A stretch of DNA of 64,000 nt from Anaerolineales bacterium (GCA_035288225.1 DATEAT010000129.1:1010-65009); one strand, 5' to 3'. Positions 38,368-47,087 are shown, counted from the first letter of the stretch. Numbers and translations are program-made. Notes: generated by a model not told the origin, from the sequence alone.

Positions 38368-39192
38368 ATGATCCGAGAAGATGCACTGCAAGCCGCCGGA
38401 CTCCAAATCCACTTCTACGAATGCGGCTCCTCGCATAAGGACTCGCTTCTGTTTGTGCACGGCTGGGCCAGTTCCGGACGCATGTGGCACGAAACGATGA
38501 GCGCGATGAGCGATGAATGGCGCTGCCTGGCCCCGGACCTGCCCGGTCACGGCCAATCCGACAAGCCGCCCTTCTCGTGGTATTCAGTGTCGAATTTCGC
38601 GGAGGCGATCGGCGCCTGGGCCGATCAGCTTGGCGGCTTGCCGCGTGTAGCAGTGGGTCACTCGCTGGGGGGGGCGGTGGTCGTGGAGCTCGCGATGCGG
38701 CATCCGCAACGTCTTGGCCGAATCGTCCTGGTGAATCCTGTGGTGAGCGGACGCGTCAGCTATAACCTTCACGCCCTCTCGGGTAGGGTACCGCGTCAGA
38801 CGATCCTCGACCTTGGCCGGCGAGTGTGGCCCCGCGCCCGTGCGCACTTGCTGCGGCGGGCGGCGCGGGGCGGGGCGGGTGCGCGGATGAAGGAATACCT
38901 GCAGCGCAACCTGCAGGATCTGGCGCAAACCACGGCCGATTCGGTGCTGGGCAGTGCGCGTGCGGCAATCCACCACGATTTGACCGACCACATGGCCGGG
39001 CTCACATTGCCCGTGCTGGTGGTGGTCGGGACGCACGACACGACTGTCCCCCCCGAAGAGGGCCGCCGCCTGGTGCGGTGCGCTCAGCAAGCCCAGCTGG
39101 TGGAGCTGGACGCGGGACATCTGCCGACGGATGAGCAGCCGCAAGCCTTCGTCAGCGCGCTTCGCACGTTCCTCCGCAGCGGCACGGTCTAG
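38368..39192 (+). CDS. Alpha/beta hydrolase
   Basis: LLFVHGWASSGRMW, elbow AVGHSLGGAVV, and a C-terminal GHLPTDEQP (His of the triad). Confidence 0.85.
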   Translation: MIREDALQAAGLQIHFYECGSSHKDSLLFVHGWASSGRMWHETMSAMSDEWRCLAPDLPGHGQSDKPPFSWYSVSNFAEAIGAWADQLGGLPRVAVGHSLGGAVVVELAMRHPQRLGRIVLVNPVVSGRVSYNLHALSGRVPRQTILDLGRRVWPRARAHLLRRAARGGAGARMKEYLQRNLQDLAQTTADSVLGSARAAIHHDLTDHMAGLTLPVLVVVGTHDTTVPPEEGRRLVRCAQQAQLVELDAGHLPTDEQPQAFVSALRTFLRSGTV

Positions 39193-39200
39193 GCGACACT

Positions 39201-39525
39201 CGTCTGCCCCCAGGCGGGGACCCAGGTGGAGGCGCGCCTGCGATTCTCGTGCTGCGGGCGGTCGGGGTTCCTGGATTCCCGCTGGAACCACGCGGGAATG
39301 ACGATCGAGAGCTCAGAGCCCGCTTCGCCCACGCGGGAATGGCGACCGATAGCACTAAGCTCGTCGTCCCCGCGTGCTCGAGGCGGGGACCCAGGTGGAG
39401 GCGCGCATGCGATTCACGCGCTGCGGGCAGTCGACCTTGCTGGATTCCCGCTGGAACAACGCGGGAATGACGATCAAGAGCTCAGAGCCCACTGCGCCCA
39501 CGCGGGGATGACGACCGAGAGCAGG
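39201..39525 (+). repeat. Two tandem copies (about 160 nt each) of a composite palindromic element
   Basis: Unit 2 (39361-39525): hairpin B GTCCCCGC-gtgctcgag-GCGGGGAC, a 49-nt linker, hairpin A ATTCCCGC-tggaacaac-GCGGGAAT, then hairpin C CCC(A/G)C...GCGGGG and GATGACGA. Unit 1 (39201-39360) is about 90% identical by eye, with a degenerate left arm of hairpin B. Confidence 0.85.
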
Positions 39526-39552
39526 TATTGCGTGGTTCGCCCCCGGGCCGCC

Positions 39553-40296
39553 CTACTCCCACTTGAACAACTTCGCGGATAGCCCACCCGCGACGGCCAC
39601 GATGCCCGCCAGCACGGCCACCTCGAGCAAGTGATCGCGCCACGGTTCACCAAACCACGTGCCCCGCAGCAGACGCGCGACGTAGGTCAACGGCAACGCC
39701 AGCGACACCCTGCGCAGCGACTCCGGCAAGAGTTCGATCGGCATACCGGCGCCTGAGAGAAACATCATCGGGTAGAACACTGCCATGGCAATAACCTGTG
39801 CCATGCGCGCCGTATTGGTAACGCTCGCGATGAGATAACCGACCGAGAACATGGCCAGGCAGCTCAGCAGCAGCGCCGCCGCGTAGCTCACAATACTTCC
39901 TTCGAAGTGGACGCGGTAGATGAGCCATCCCACCAGCACCAGGCAGCCCATGCCCAGCACGGTCATGACCAGGTTGGTGATCACATCGGCCAGGATGTAG
40001 GCCAGCGGCGACATGGGGGTTGCCCGATAGCGGCGCAGCACGCCCTGCTCGCGTTGAGCGGAGGTGGCAATCGGGATGGTCATCAGCCCGACCGCGCCCA
40101 CCACGAGCGCGGTGTAGGCCGGCATCGAAACGTCCATACTGCCTCGCCCGCCGAACAACGGGCTGGGTTCGTTGCCGTACATCGCGCCAAAAAGAAGCAC
40201 CAGCAGCGGCGGGAAGGCAAGCGTGAAGAAGGCCGTGATCGGATCGCGCACGTACAACTGGATCGAGGTGAGGATGAGCTGTCCGAGGCCGCGCAT
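39553..40296 (-). CDS. ABC-2 type transporter permease
   Basis: Six hydrophobic helices in the ABC-2 pattern (LAFPPLLVLLFGAMYG...FLSGAGMP...). Located directly downstream of the ATPase gene. Confidence 0.85.
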   Translation of the reverse strand: MRGLGQLILTSIQLYVRDPITAFFTLAFPPLLVLLFGAMYGNEPSPLFGGRGSMDVSMPAYTALVVGAVGLMTIPIATSAQREQGVLRRYRATPMSPLAYILADVITNLVMTVLGMGCLVLVGWLIYRVHFEGSIVSYAAALLLSCLAMFSVGYLIASVTNTARMAQVIAMAVFYPMMFLSGAGMPIELLPESLRRVSLALPLTYVARLLRGTWFGEPWRDHLLEVAVLAGIVAVAGGLSAKLFKWE

Positions 40297-40299
40297 CGC

Positions 40300-41214
40300 T
40301 TATTCCCTCATCTGGCGCCCGGTCAGGGCGAGGAAAACGTCCTCGAGCGTTGGCTGCTCGGTCCATAGATCGAGGAAGGGGATTCCAGATTTCTCCAGGG
40401 CGCCGACAACTGAGCTTGCGAAGCGCTCGCCCCGGCCCTGGACGCTCACGCGGTTGCCTTCGCTTTCCACCTTCTCTACCCCCGCGGCCTCCAACTGCGT
40501 TGGAGGCGTGGTGCCGGGCGGCAGGGTGAAGACCAGGCGCCGCCCGAGGCCGAGCGAATGGATGAGAGCCTGAGGCGTATCCAATGCGACAACCTTGCCA
40601 CCGTCGAGGATCAGCACTCGATCGCACAGACGCTCGGCCTCTTCCATGAAGTGCGTGGTCAAGAAGACGGTGCAGCCGCGGTCGCGAATCTCGCGTACCA
40701 AGTCCCACATCGAGCGCCGCGCCTGGGGGTCGAGGCCGGTCGTCAACTCATCGAAGAAGACAAGCCGCGGCTGGTTGACCAGTGCCAAAGCAATAAACAG
40801 ACGCTGGCGTTGGCCGCCGGAAAGGGTTCCGATCGAGGCGTTCTTCTTTTCCGACAGGCCCAGCCGTTCGAGAAGTTCGGCCGGGTCGGCTCGGCGAGCG
40901 TATTGCGCCCGGAACAGGCGCATGGCCTCCCCCACCCGCAAGCGGGGCGGCAGGTTCGATTGCTGCAATTGAATGCCGATCAATTCGGCCAAATCCGTTC
41001 GTGCGGTGGCCGGGTTGCAGCCCAGAACCTCGAGAGACCCGCTGTCGGCCTCGCGCAGGCCCTCCAGGCACTCGATTGTCGTGGTCTTGCCGGCGCCGTT
41101 CGGGCCGACCATGCCAAAGATCTCCCCAGCCTGAACATCGAGGGTGACCCGATCGATGGCGCTGACGGTTCCGTAGCGTTTGGAGATCTCAACAGCGCGG
41201 ATGATAGGTGGCAT
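40300..41214 (-). CDS. ABC transporter ATP-binding protein (DrrA/CcmA-like)
   Basis: Walker A GPNGAGKTT, Q-loop, signature LSGGQRQRL, Walker B LVFFDELTTGLD. Confidence 0.9.
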   Translation of the reverse strand: MPPIIRAVEISKRYGTVSAIDRVTLDVQAGEIFGMVGPNGAGKTTTIECLEGLREADSGSLEVLGCNPATARTDLAELIGIQLQQSNLPPRLRVGEAMRLFRAQYARRADPAELLERLGLSEKKNASIGTLSGGQRQRLFIALALVNQPRLVFFDELTTGLDPQARRSMWDLVREIRDRGCTVFLTTHFMEEAERLCDRVLILDGGKVVALDTPQALIHSLGLGRRLVFTLPPGTTPPTQLEAAGVEKVESEGNRVSVQGRGERFASSVVGALEKSGIPFLDLWTEQPTLEDVFLALTGRQMRE

Positions 41215-41388
41215 TGGCGGGACCTTCCCCAGAAGGCAGGGCGCCTTGGGCTTTCGGCTATCGACCTAACCATACAACCGGCCCTTGGGCTCGTCATGCA
41301 TCAAATGGCGGATTAGTGGGGGGGGGCCGAATGGGCCATAGGCCCGCGCAGGGCCTACCGCGACCGGGTATCAGGCGATCCGGCATGT

Positions 41389-41548
41389 TCGTTGTCCCCG
41401 CTAGATCAAGTCGAGGACCCAAGAGGAGATGCACCTGCGGTTCTCGGGCTCAGGGCGATCGGGCTTCCTGGATTCCCGCTGGAACCACGCGGGAATGACG
41501 ATCAAGAGCACAGAGCCCGCTTCAACCACGCGGGATTGACGGCCAAGA
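41389..41548 (+). repeat. Third copy of the composite palindromic element (same orientation as 39201..39525)
   Basis: GTCCCCGC-tagatcaagtc-GAGGAC (degenerate hairpin B), a 49-nt linker, ATTCCCGC-tggaaccac-GCGGGAAT at 41472-41496, then GACGATCAAGAGCACAGAGCCCGCTTCAACCACGCGGGATTGACGG. About 75% identity to the 39-kb units by eye. Confidence 0.8.
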
Positions 41549-41678
41549 AGTTGTGGGGGTTGGCACTGCCGCCGCAGGGGAAGCGCGTCTCGCGGGCGAG
41601 GGATTGCCTGGGATTCCCGGCCAACAGCATGCATAAATGACGACCCTCTCGGCGCCCCGGCCCAGCGCATACAGAATC

Positions 41679-41704
41679 AAAAACCCGGATCGCGCATCCG
41701 GGTT
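41679..41704 (-). terminator. Rho-independent terminator downstream of tRNA-Asn
   Basis: On the minus strand: ACCCGGAT-gcgcg-ATCCGGGT followed by TTTTT. Confidence 0.7.
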
Positions 41705-41728
41705 CGAACTCGCCATGGGAGGCCCAGG

Positions 41729-41801
41729 CTCCTCGGCCAGGATTCGAACCTGGAACCTAGCGGTTAACAGCCGCCCGCTCTGCCGGTTGAGCTACCGAGG
41801 A
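41729..41801 (-). tRNA. tRNA-Asn (anticodon GTT)
   Basis: Hand-folded 73-nt cloverleaf: acceptor TCCTCGG/CCGAGGA, anticodon stem GGCGG/CCGCT with loop CTGTTAA, T arm CCAGG-TTCGAAT-CCTGG. CCA is not fully encoded. Confidence 0.9.
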
Positions 41802-41811
41802 AGGTGGAACG

Positions 41812-41841
41812 ATTATAATCATCGCGCAAAAGGGTTGTCAA
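41812..41841 (-). promoter_or_regulatory. Consensus sigma70 promoter for tRNA-Asn (TTGACA-18 nt-TATAAT)
   Basis: On the minus strand: TTGACA (41841-41836), an 18-nt spacer, TATAAT (41817-41812). The tRNA 5' end lies 10 nt downstream. Confidence 0.65.
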
Positions 41842-41869
41842 GCAACCCAGCCCACAATTGCGACAAACA

Positions 41870-43579
41870 ATGACTACACCTACCCAGATCCACTCAGCCC
41901 TGCGCCGCACGACGGTCCAGGTCCACCTGCCGGATGGACGCACGCTGGAGGGCCCGCAGGGCACAACCCTCGAAGAGTTCGTCCGGGCGGCGCAGCTCCA
42001 GACCCCGGCGCCGGTCGTGGCGGCGATGTTCAACGGCGACCTGCGCGAGCTGACCTTCCCGGTGCGCGAGGATGGCGAGCTCCAGCCGGTGACTATTGCC
42101 ACTGCCGACGGCGCGCGCATCTACCGGCGCTCAATTGTCTTCCTGCTCATCGTTGCCACGCGCGAGCTCTTCCCACAGGCCGACGTGGCGGTGGACCACT
42201 CGATCTCCGACGGCGGCTACTACTGCAGCGTGCACGGGCGCGCGCCGTTCAGCGCTAAGGAGGTGGCCCAGATCCAGGCGCGCATGCAGAAGATCGCCGA
42301 AGGCGACGAGCCGATCCTCAAGCATCAGGTGCCCGTCGCCGCCGCCATGGACATCTTCCGCCGCGAAGGCTTTGACGACAAGGTGCGCCTGCTGCAGGCG
42401 CGCGAGAAGGACTTCGTCATCCTGTATTCGCTGCGCGGCCGGGAAGACTACTTCCACGGCTACATGGTGCCCTCCACCGGGTACTTGCGCCTCTTCCGCC
42501 TGGAGGCGGCCCCGCCTGGGTTTGCCCTGCGTTACCCTCGACGCCACGCGCCCGAGGACATTCAAGCCGGCGGTGACTTCCCTAAACTGCGCGCCACATT
42601 CCGCGAATACGGCGAATGGCTGGGCCGCCTGGGGATCGAAGATATCGGCACGCTCAACGACGCCATCGAGCGCGGGCGGATCCGCGAAATCGTCCTCGTC
42701 GCGGAAGCGTTGCACGACCAGAAGATCGCCGAGATTGCCCGCACCATTGCCTCGGAGCGCGAGCGCCTGCGGCTGGTGCTGGTGGCTGGCCCCTCCTCGG
42801 CCGGCAAGACCACCTTCGCGAGGCGCCTGGCCATCCAACTGCTTTCGCTCGGGCTGCGGCCTTACCCGCTCGAGATGGACAACTACTTTGTTGAGCGCGA
42901 GGCCACGCCGCGCGATGAAAACGGGGTCTTCGACTTTGAAACGATCGAGGCCCTCGATCGCGATCTGCTGGGCGACCACCTCGAGCGGCTGATGCGCGGT
43001 GAAACGGTGACTCTGCCGCGCTACGACTTCACCCGCGGCACGCGCGGGTGGGGGGAAGCCATCCGCCTGGGGCCGGAGGCGCTGATCATCATGGAGGGCA
43101 TCCATGGGCTCAACCCGGACCTGCTCCCGCGCTTTCCGGCGCAGCACATCTTCCGCGTCTATGTCTCGGCCCTGACCCATCTCAACCTCGACCGCCATAA
43201 CCGCGTGTCCACCACCGACTCGCGCTTGCTGCGCCGCCTGGTGCGCGACGCAACCACCCGCGGGCACTCGGCGTTGGCGACACTCAGGCGTTGGGAATCG
43301 GTGCGGCGCGGTGAGAAGCGCTACATCTTCCCCTACCAAGAAAACGCCGACGTGATCTTCAACTCGACGCTGGTGTACGAACTTGCCGCGCTGCGGCCGC
43401 TTGCGGAGCCGCTGCTTTTTCAGGTGCCGGCCGACGCGCCCGAACGCGTGGAGGTCAAGCGGCTGCTGGCCTTCCTCTCATGGATCCGCCCATGCTCGAC
43501 CGAGTACATCCCCGACGACTCGATCCTGCGCGAATTCATCGGCGGGTCGATCCTCGATCACTTCCGCGTGTGGGGGTAG
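41870..43579 (+). CDS. TGS-domain / uridine-kinase-family nucleoside kinase-like protein
   Basis: N-terminal TGS-like beta-grasp (VQVHLPDGRTLEGPQGTTLEEFV...). Central P-loop LVLVAGPSSAGKTTFARRLAIQL and a uridine kinase/PRK-type body (LEMDNYF...IMEGIHGLNP). ATG 41870 preferred to TTG 41858. Confidence 0.8.
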   Translation: MTTPTQIHSALRRTTVQVHLPDGRTLEGPQGTTLEEFVRAAQLQTPAPVVAAMFNGDLRELTFPVREDGELQPVTIATADGARIYRRSIVFLLIVATRELFPQADVAVDHSISDGGYYCSVHGRAPFSAKEVAQIQARMQKIAEGDEPILKHQVPVAAAMDIFRREGFDDKVRLLQAREKDFVILYSLRGREDYFHGYMVPSTGYLRLFRLEAAPPGFALRYPRRHAPEDIQAGGDFPKLRATFREYGEWLGRLGIEDIGTLNDAIERGRIREIVLVAEALHDQKIAEIARTIASERERLRLVLVAGPSSAGKTTFARRLAIQLLSLGLRPYPLEMDNYFVEREATPRDENGVFDFETIEALDRDLLGDHLERLMRGETVTLPRYDFTRGTRGWGEAIRLGPEALIIMEGIHGLNPDLLPRFPAQHIFRVYVSALTHLNLDRHNRVSTTDSRLLRRLVRDATTRGHSALATLRRWESVRRGEKRYIFPYQENADVIFNSTLVYELAALRPLAEPLLFQVPADAPERVEVKRLLAFLSWIRPCSTEYIPDDSILREFIGGSILDHFRVWG

Positions 43580-43588
43580 AACAAGAGC

Positions 43589-43652
43589 TTTCACCGCGGA
43601 GAGCGCCGAGATCGCAGAGCCATTCACCACGGAGACCACAGAGATCACAGAG
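43589..43652 (+). repeat. Two tandem copies of a 30-33-nt motif TTCACC(G/A)CGGAGA(G/C)C(G/A)C(C/A)GAGATC(G/A)CAGAG
   Basis: 43589-43619 is tttcaccgcggagagcgccgagatcgcagag. 43623-43652 is ttcaccacggagaccacagagatcacagag. The motif begins 10 nt after a stop codon. Confidence 0.7.
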
Positions 43653-44099
43653 AATTCCTAGGGTTCTCGGTGTCGGACTCTGAGGGTCTACTTCCGAACA
43701 TGCGGAGAAGCGTACCTGTAATCGGCTGCGTGTACGGGCCCTCCCCAGAGCCCGCTCCGTGATCTCAGTGGTGAAAGGTCCGCGCTACTGCCGCCAGAGC
43801 CGTGAGCGGTTGCCCAGGGTTGCGCGTGAGCGACACGCGTTGCTTCATCATCACGGCCTGAAGCTGGCCTGCGGCCGGGGGCTATCACGGTGACGCGCCA
43901 AGGTGTAACGCGTTAAGAGTCTATCCACGCGCCTCGGGCTGACCACGCCCCCCTCCCAAGAATCGCCGGACAATGCCTGCAATTGAGAAGCCCGGATTCG
44001 TGCATTTTGCCATTCTTGTTGCATCGCGATGGGGGCTGTGGTAACATCGATTGGCATGTGTGCTGCGCCGGCGCGCTCGCGCAAGCGCAGGAGGGAGCC

Positions 44100-44951
44100 A
44101 TGAAGTACGCCTACGAAGATCGCATCCGCGAGACGATGGCCCAGCTCTCGCCGGGGTTCAAGCGCCTGGCCGATTTCCTTCTCGACTCGTATACCGAGTC
44201 GGCCTTCCTCACCGCGACCGAATTGGCCGACCGCCTGGATATCGACCCGGCGACCGTGGTGCGCTTCTCGCAGCGTATTGGTTACCCGGGCTACCCGGAA
44301 CTTCTACGCGAGATTCGCCAACGGGTGCGCGAGGATTTGCACCTGCAAGGCGAGCCCAAGGCGGCCGCTGGCTTGCGCGAAAAGACGGAAGAGGCGCTCA
44401 GCGAAGTGACGACCTTCGTCGAGCGAACGCGCATGATGCTGCGCGACTCCACGGTCGAGAAACTGGTGGGGCTCATCCAGAACGCACGCCACATCCTGGT
44501 GGTGGCGGAACGCGCGTCGCTCGCGGCAGGCGAGATTGTGGCCTCGGTTCTTGAAGAAGGCGGCTACTCGGTGCGCGTATCGCGCGGCAGCCGCGCCGAA
44601 CTGGCGCGTTCGATCAGCCTGCTCGGCAAGGGCGACCTGGCGATCGGGCTTGACGCCAGCGGCGAGAGCGACACCGTGGCGCGCGCGCTGCGCCTGGCGC
44701 AATCGCAGGGAGCACAGACCGCGGCGGTGGTGGCCTCGGCCTCGCTGGATGCTGCAAACTATGCCGACGTGGTGCTCAACGGCCAGGCCACGGGCGACCC
44801 GGTGCGGGCGATGGTCTCGCTCATGATCCTGGCACACATCCTGCTCTCCGCGCTGCGCTGGAAAGAGGAAGCTCGCTTCCAAGCGCAAGCGCGGCGGGTG
44901 GAGGCCTCGCTCGAAGCGCTGGGTGCGCGCATGTTCGAACGGCACGAGTAG
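44100..44951 (+). CDS. MurR/RpiR family transcriptional regulator (HTH_6 plus SIS domain)
   Basis: RBS GGAGGGAG. LSPGFKRLADFLLDSY...LTATELADRLDIDPATVVRFSQRIGYPGYPELL, then a SIS-like domain (ILVVAERASLAAG...). Confidence 0.85.
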   Translation: MKYAYEDRIRETMAQLSPGFKRLADFLLDSYTESAFLTATELADRLDIDPATVVRFSQRIGYPGYPELLREIRQRVREDLHLQGEPKAAAGLREKTEEALSEVTTFVERTRMMLRDSTVEKLVGLIQNARHILVVAERASLAAGEIVASVLEEGGYSVRVSRGSRAELARSISLLGKGDLAIGLDASGESDTVARALRLAQSQGAQTAAVVASASLDAANYADVVLNGQATGDPVRAMVSLMILAHILLSALRWKEEARFQAQARRVEASLEALGARMFERHE

Positions 44952-45022
44952 ATGCATTCTGAGACGGCTCGAATTATCCCTTTGCGTGATTGCCAAGAGG
45001 TCCTCTAGCACGCCACCCCTAA

Positions 45023-45047
45023 CCCCTCCCCACAGCGTGGGGAGGGG
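45023..45047. repeat. GC-rich hairpin CCCCTCCCCAC-agc-GTGGGGAGGGG (short interspersed palindrome / possible terminator)
   Basis: Perfect 11-bp stem 72 nt after the MurR-like stop, flanked by CACCCCTAA. Related in composition to the element at 47033..47087. Confidence 0.5.
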
Positions 45048-45309
45048 AAATGATTCCTACGGGCATGTTTGGCCGCGCATCGGCTGCGCTCTCTCTGACG
45101 GGAAAGGCCTCGCTTTCCCCGGGTGTGGAGAGGGCGCTGCGGAATGAGGTGGAAGCCACACCACTTTGCTTTGGGCGGAGTGCAGCACATACGTCGAGCC
45201 TGCGCTCGGCAGGCGTCGGTGTCTCCGACGCCTTGCGTTATCCGGCCAGGGGAGCGGCTGGGCGTTGGCTCCCGGCGCGACATATGAGGCGAGTGACAAG
45301 AGGGCACAC

Positions 45310-46119
45310 ATGAGAATCATGCGCTTCTCGCCGGCGGAGGGTGGCTCGCCCCAGTACGGCTGGGCCGAGGGCGATCGCGCCGGGCTCATCACGGGCGACC
45401 CGTTCGGTGCGTATCGCCGTGAGGACCTGCGATTGGCCCTCGGCGATCTTCAGCTTCTGGCGCCGCTCGTGCCTGGCAAGATCGTGTGCGTGGCGCGCAA
45501 CTACCTGGCTCACGCGCACGAACGCGGCGTGGAAGTGCCCGAGGTGCCGCTGCTGTTCCTCAAGCCGCCCTCGGCGGTGATCGGCCCCGGGCAGGCGATC
45601 GAGCTGCCGCCGCAATCGGACCGCATCGAGCACGAGGCCGAACTGGCGGTGGTCATCGGCCGTCGTGCGCGCGATGTGACGCCGGAGGAAGCAGCCGCGC
45701 ACATCCTGGGTTACACCGTGGCCAACGACGTCACCGCGCGCGATCTGCAACAGCGCGACGGCCAATGGACTCGGGCCAAAGGCTTCGACACGTTTTGCCC
45801 GCTCGGGCCGTGGATCGAAACGGCGGTCGATCCGGCGGGGCTGCGCATCGTCTGCCGAGTCAACGGCGTCATCCGCCAGATGGCTTCCACCCAGGATATG
45901 GTCTTCTCGGTGCCGCAATTAGTGGCCTACATTTCGGGGGTGATGACCCTCGAGGCGGGGGACGTAGTGCTAAGCGGCACGCCGGAAGGCGTGGGCCCAT
46001 TGGTCGACGGAGATGCCATCGAAATCGAGATTCAGGGCATTGGCATGTTGCGCAACATGGTGCGCTTGGCGGCTCCCGGGCGCGTTGCCCCACCGGCGGC
46101 CCGGAGACCGATCAGTTGA
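45310..46119 (+). CDS. Fumarylacetoacetate hydrolase (FAH) family protein
   Basis: [16 protein letters not shown]...[13 protein letters not shown]...[15 protein letters not shown]...[10 protein letters not shown]...[12 protein letters not shown]...[17 protein letters not shown]. Confidence 0.9.
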   Translation: MRIMRFSPAEGGSPQYGWAEGDRAGLITGDPFGAYRREDLRLALGDLQLLAPLVPGKIVCVARNYLAHAHERGVEVPEVPLLFLKPPSAVIGPGQAIELPPQSDRIEHEAELAVVIGRRARDVTPEEAAAHILGYTVANDVTARDLQQRDGQWTRAKGFDTFCPLGPWIETAVDPAGLRIVCRVNGVIRQMASTQDMVFSVPQLVAYISGVMTLEAGDVVLSGTPEGVGPLVDGDAIEIEIQGIGMLRNMVRLAAPGRVAPPAARRPIS

Positions 46120-46129
46120 GGAGAGAGGC

Positions 46130-46684
46130 ATGGGACTGAAACCCGATCACTGGATCAAGCGCATGGCCCGCGAGCAGCGCATGATCGAACCGTTCGAGGA
46201 CGCGCAGGTGCGCGACGGGGTGATTTCGTACGGAGTCTCGAGCTACGGCTACGATATCCGCGTGGCCGATGAATTCAAGATCTTCACCAACGTCCACTCA
46301 ACCATCGTCGACCCGAAGAACTTCGACCCACGGTCGATGGTGGATTTCAGGGGCGCCATCTGCACTATTCCTCCCAATTCCTTCGCCCTGGCGCGCACGG
46401 TCGAGTATTTCCGCATTCCGCGGGGGGTGCTGACCGTGTGCGTGGGCAAGAGTTCTTACGCGCGCTGCGGGATCATCGTCAACGTCACGCCCTTCGAGCC
46501 CGAGTGGGAGGGCTATGTGACGCTGGAAATCTCCAACACCACGCCGCTGCCTGCGCGCATCTACGCCAATGAAGGAATCGCCCAGGTGCTGTTCTTCGAG
46601 GGCGACGAGCCCTGCGAGGTTTCGTACGCCGACAAGCGCGGCAAATACCAGCGCCAGACAACGATCGTTCTGCCCAAGGTTTGA
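46130..46684 (+). CDS. dcd: dCTP deaminase
   Basis: [23 protein letters not shown]...[14 protein letters not shown]...[36 protein letters not shown]. Confidence 0.95.
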   Translation: MGLKPDHWIKRMAREQRMIEPFEDAQVRDGVISYGVSSYGYDIRVADEFKIFTNVHSTIVDPKNFDPRSMVDFRGAICTIPPNSFALARTVEYFRIPRGVLTVCVGKSSYARCGIIVNVTPFEPEWEGYVTLEISNTTPLPARIYANEGIAQVLFFEGDEPCEVSYADKRGKYQRQTTIVLPKV

Positions 46685-46988
46685 CAGCTTAATTCGCGGG
46701 AGATTTCCCAAAGCATCTTCCGCAAGAGGGCACACCACGCCTTACGTATGTTCGCGTGGGGTCGGTGCGCGCCCTCTTCCCGCGTTCGTGTGAGCGCTCA
46801 AGCGGCTCTCGCGCTCGTTGTGAGAGGCTAGCCGTGAAGCCGTGCCCGCTCGGGTGGCAGCGCAGCGGATTCGCCTTGGCGCTACCAGAGAGCGGGGGAA
46901 AGATCCTCACTCCGATCCCTTGCTCTTCCTCCCGGCAAGTAAGAATTGCGGCGTGCGGGACCGATCTGCGGGAGGAGGGAAGTTCTTA

Positions 46989-47023
46989 CAAGGAGACGGG
47001 GGCCGAAGGCCCCCGTCTCCTTG
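46989..47023. terminator. Strong hairpin between convergent dcd and comEA
   Basis: Perfect 15-bp stem CAAGGAGACGGGGGC / GCCCCCGTCTCCTTG with loop CGAAG. There is no clear U-tract on either side, so terminator function is inferred from position only. Confidence 0.5.
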
Positions 47024-47032
47024 GTTACTTCG

Positions 47033-47087
47033 CCCCCTCTCCGCCACACCCCGCTCTGGCGAATGCCGCCTCTCGGCGGAGAGGGGG
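47033..47087. repeat. Inverted repeat CCCCCTCTCCGCC ... GGCGGAGAGGGGG with a 29-nt loop, followed by GGGGGGTGAGGTGG
   Basis: 13-bp arms at 47033-47045 and 47075-47087. Compositionally related (GGGGAG.GGG...GGGGTG) to the reverse complement of 45012-45047. Confidence 0.5.

Noticed and set aside
39201-39525. The CCCCGC/GCGGGG hairpin repeats here, at 41389-41548 and at 61239-61545 could be CRISPR arrays, because the stems resemble type I-E repeat stems.
   Set aside because: The repeats are not identical: loops differ between copies. Two or three different hairpin types alternate. Spacing is irregular (about 49, 20 and 75 nt) and the 'spacers' are themselves homologous between units. There are at most two units per locus, and no cas genes or leader occur in the window. 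The pattern fits REP/BIME/MITE-like elements better.
39226-39582. Short ORFs across the repeat elements (39226..39582, 39249..39470, 41208..41498, 41392..41640, 61489..61671) give recurring peptides such as GFPLEPRGNDD.E and WIPAGTTRE.
   Set aside because: The recurrence is explained by the nucleotide repeat itself. The ORFs occur in different frames and strands at different copies and lack RBSs, so they are translation artefacts of palindromic DNA.
41811-41820. The palindromic GATTATAATC could act as a bidirectional -10 that also serves the plus-strand kinase-like gene.
   Set aside because: No acceptable -35 lies at the right distance on the plus strand (GCTACC). Only the minus-strand tRNA-Asn promoter has a full TTGACA-18-TATAAT arrangement.
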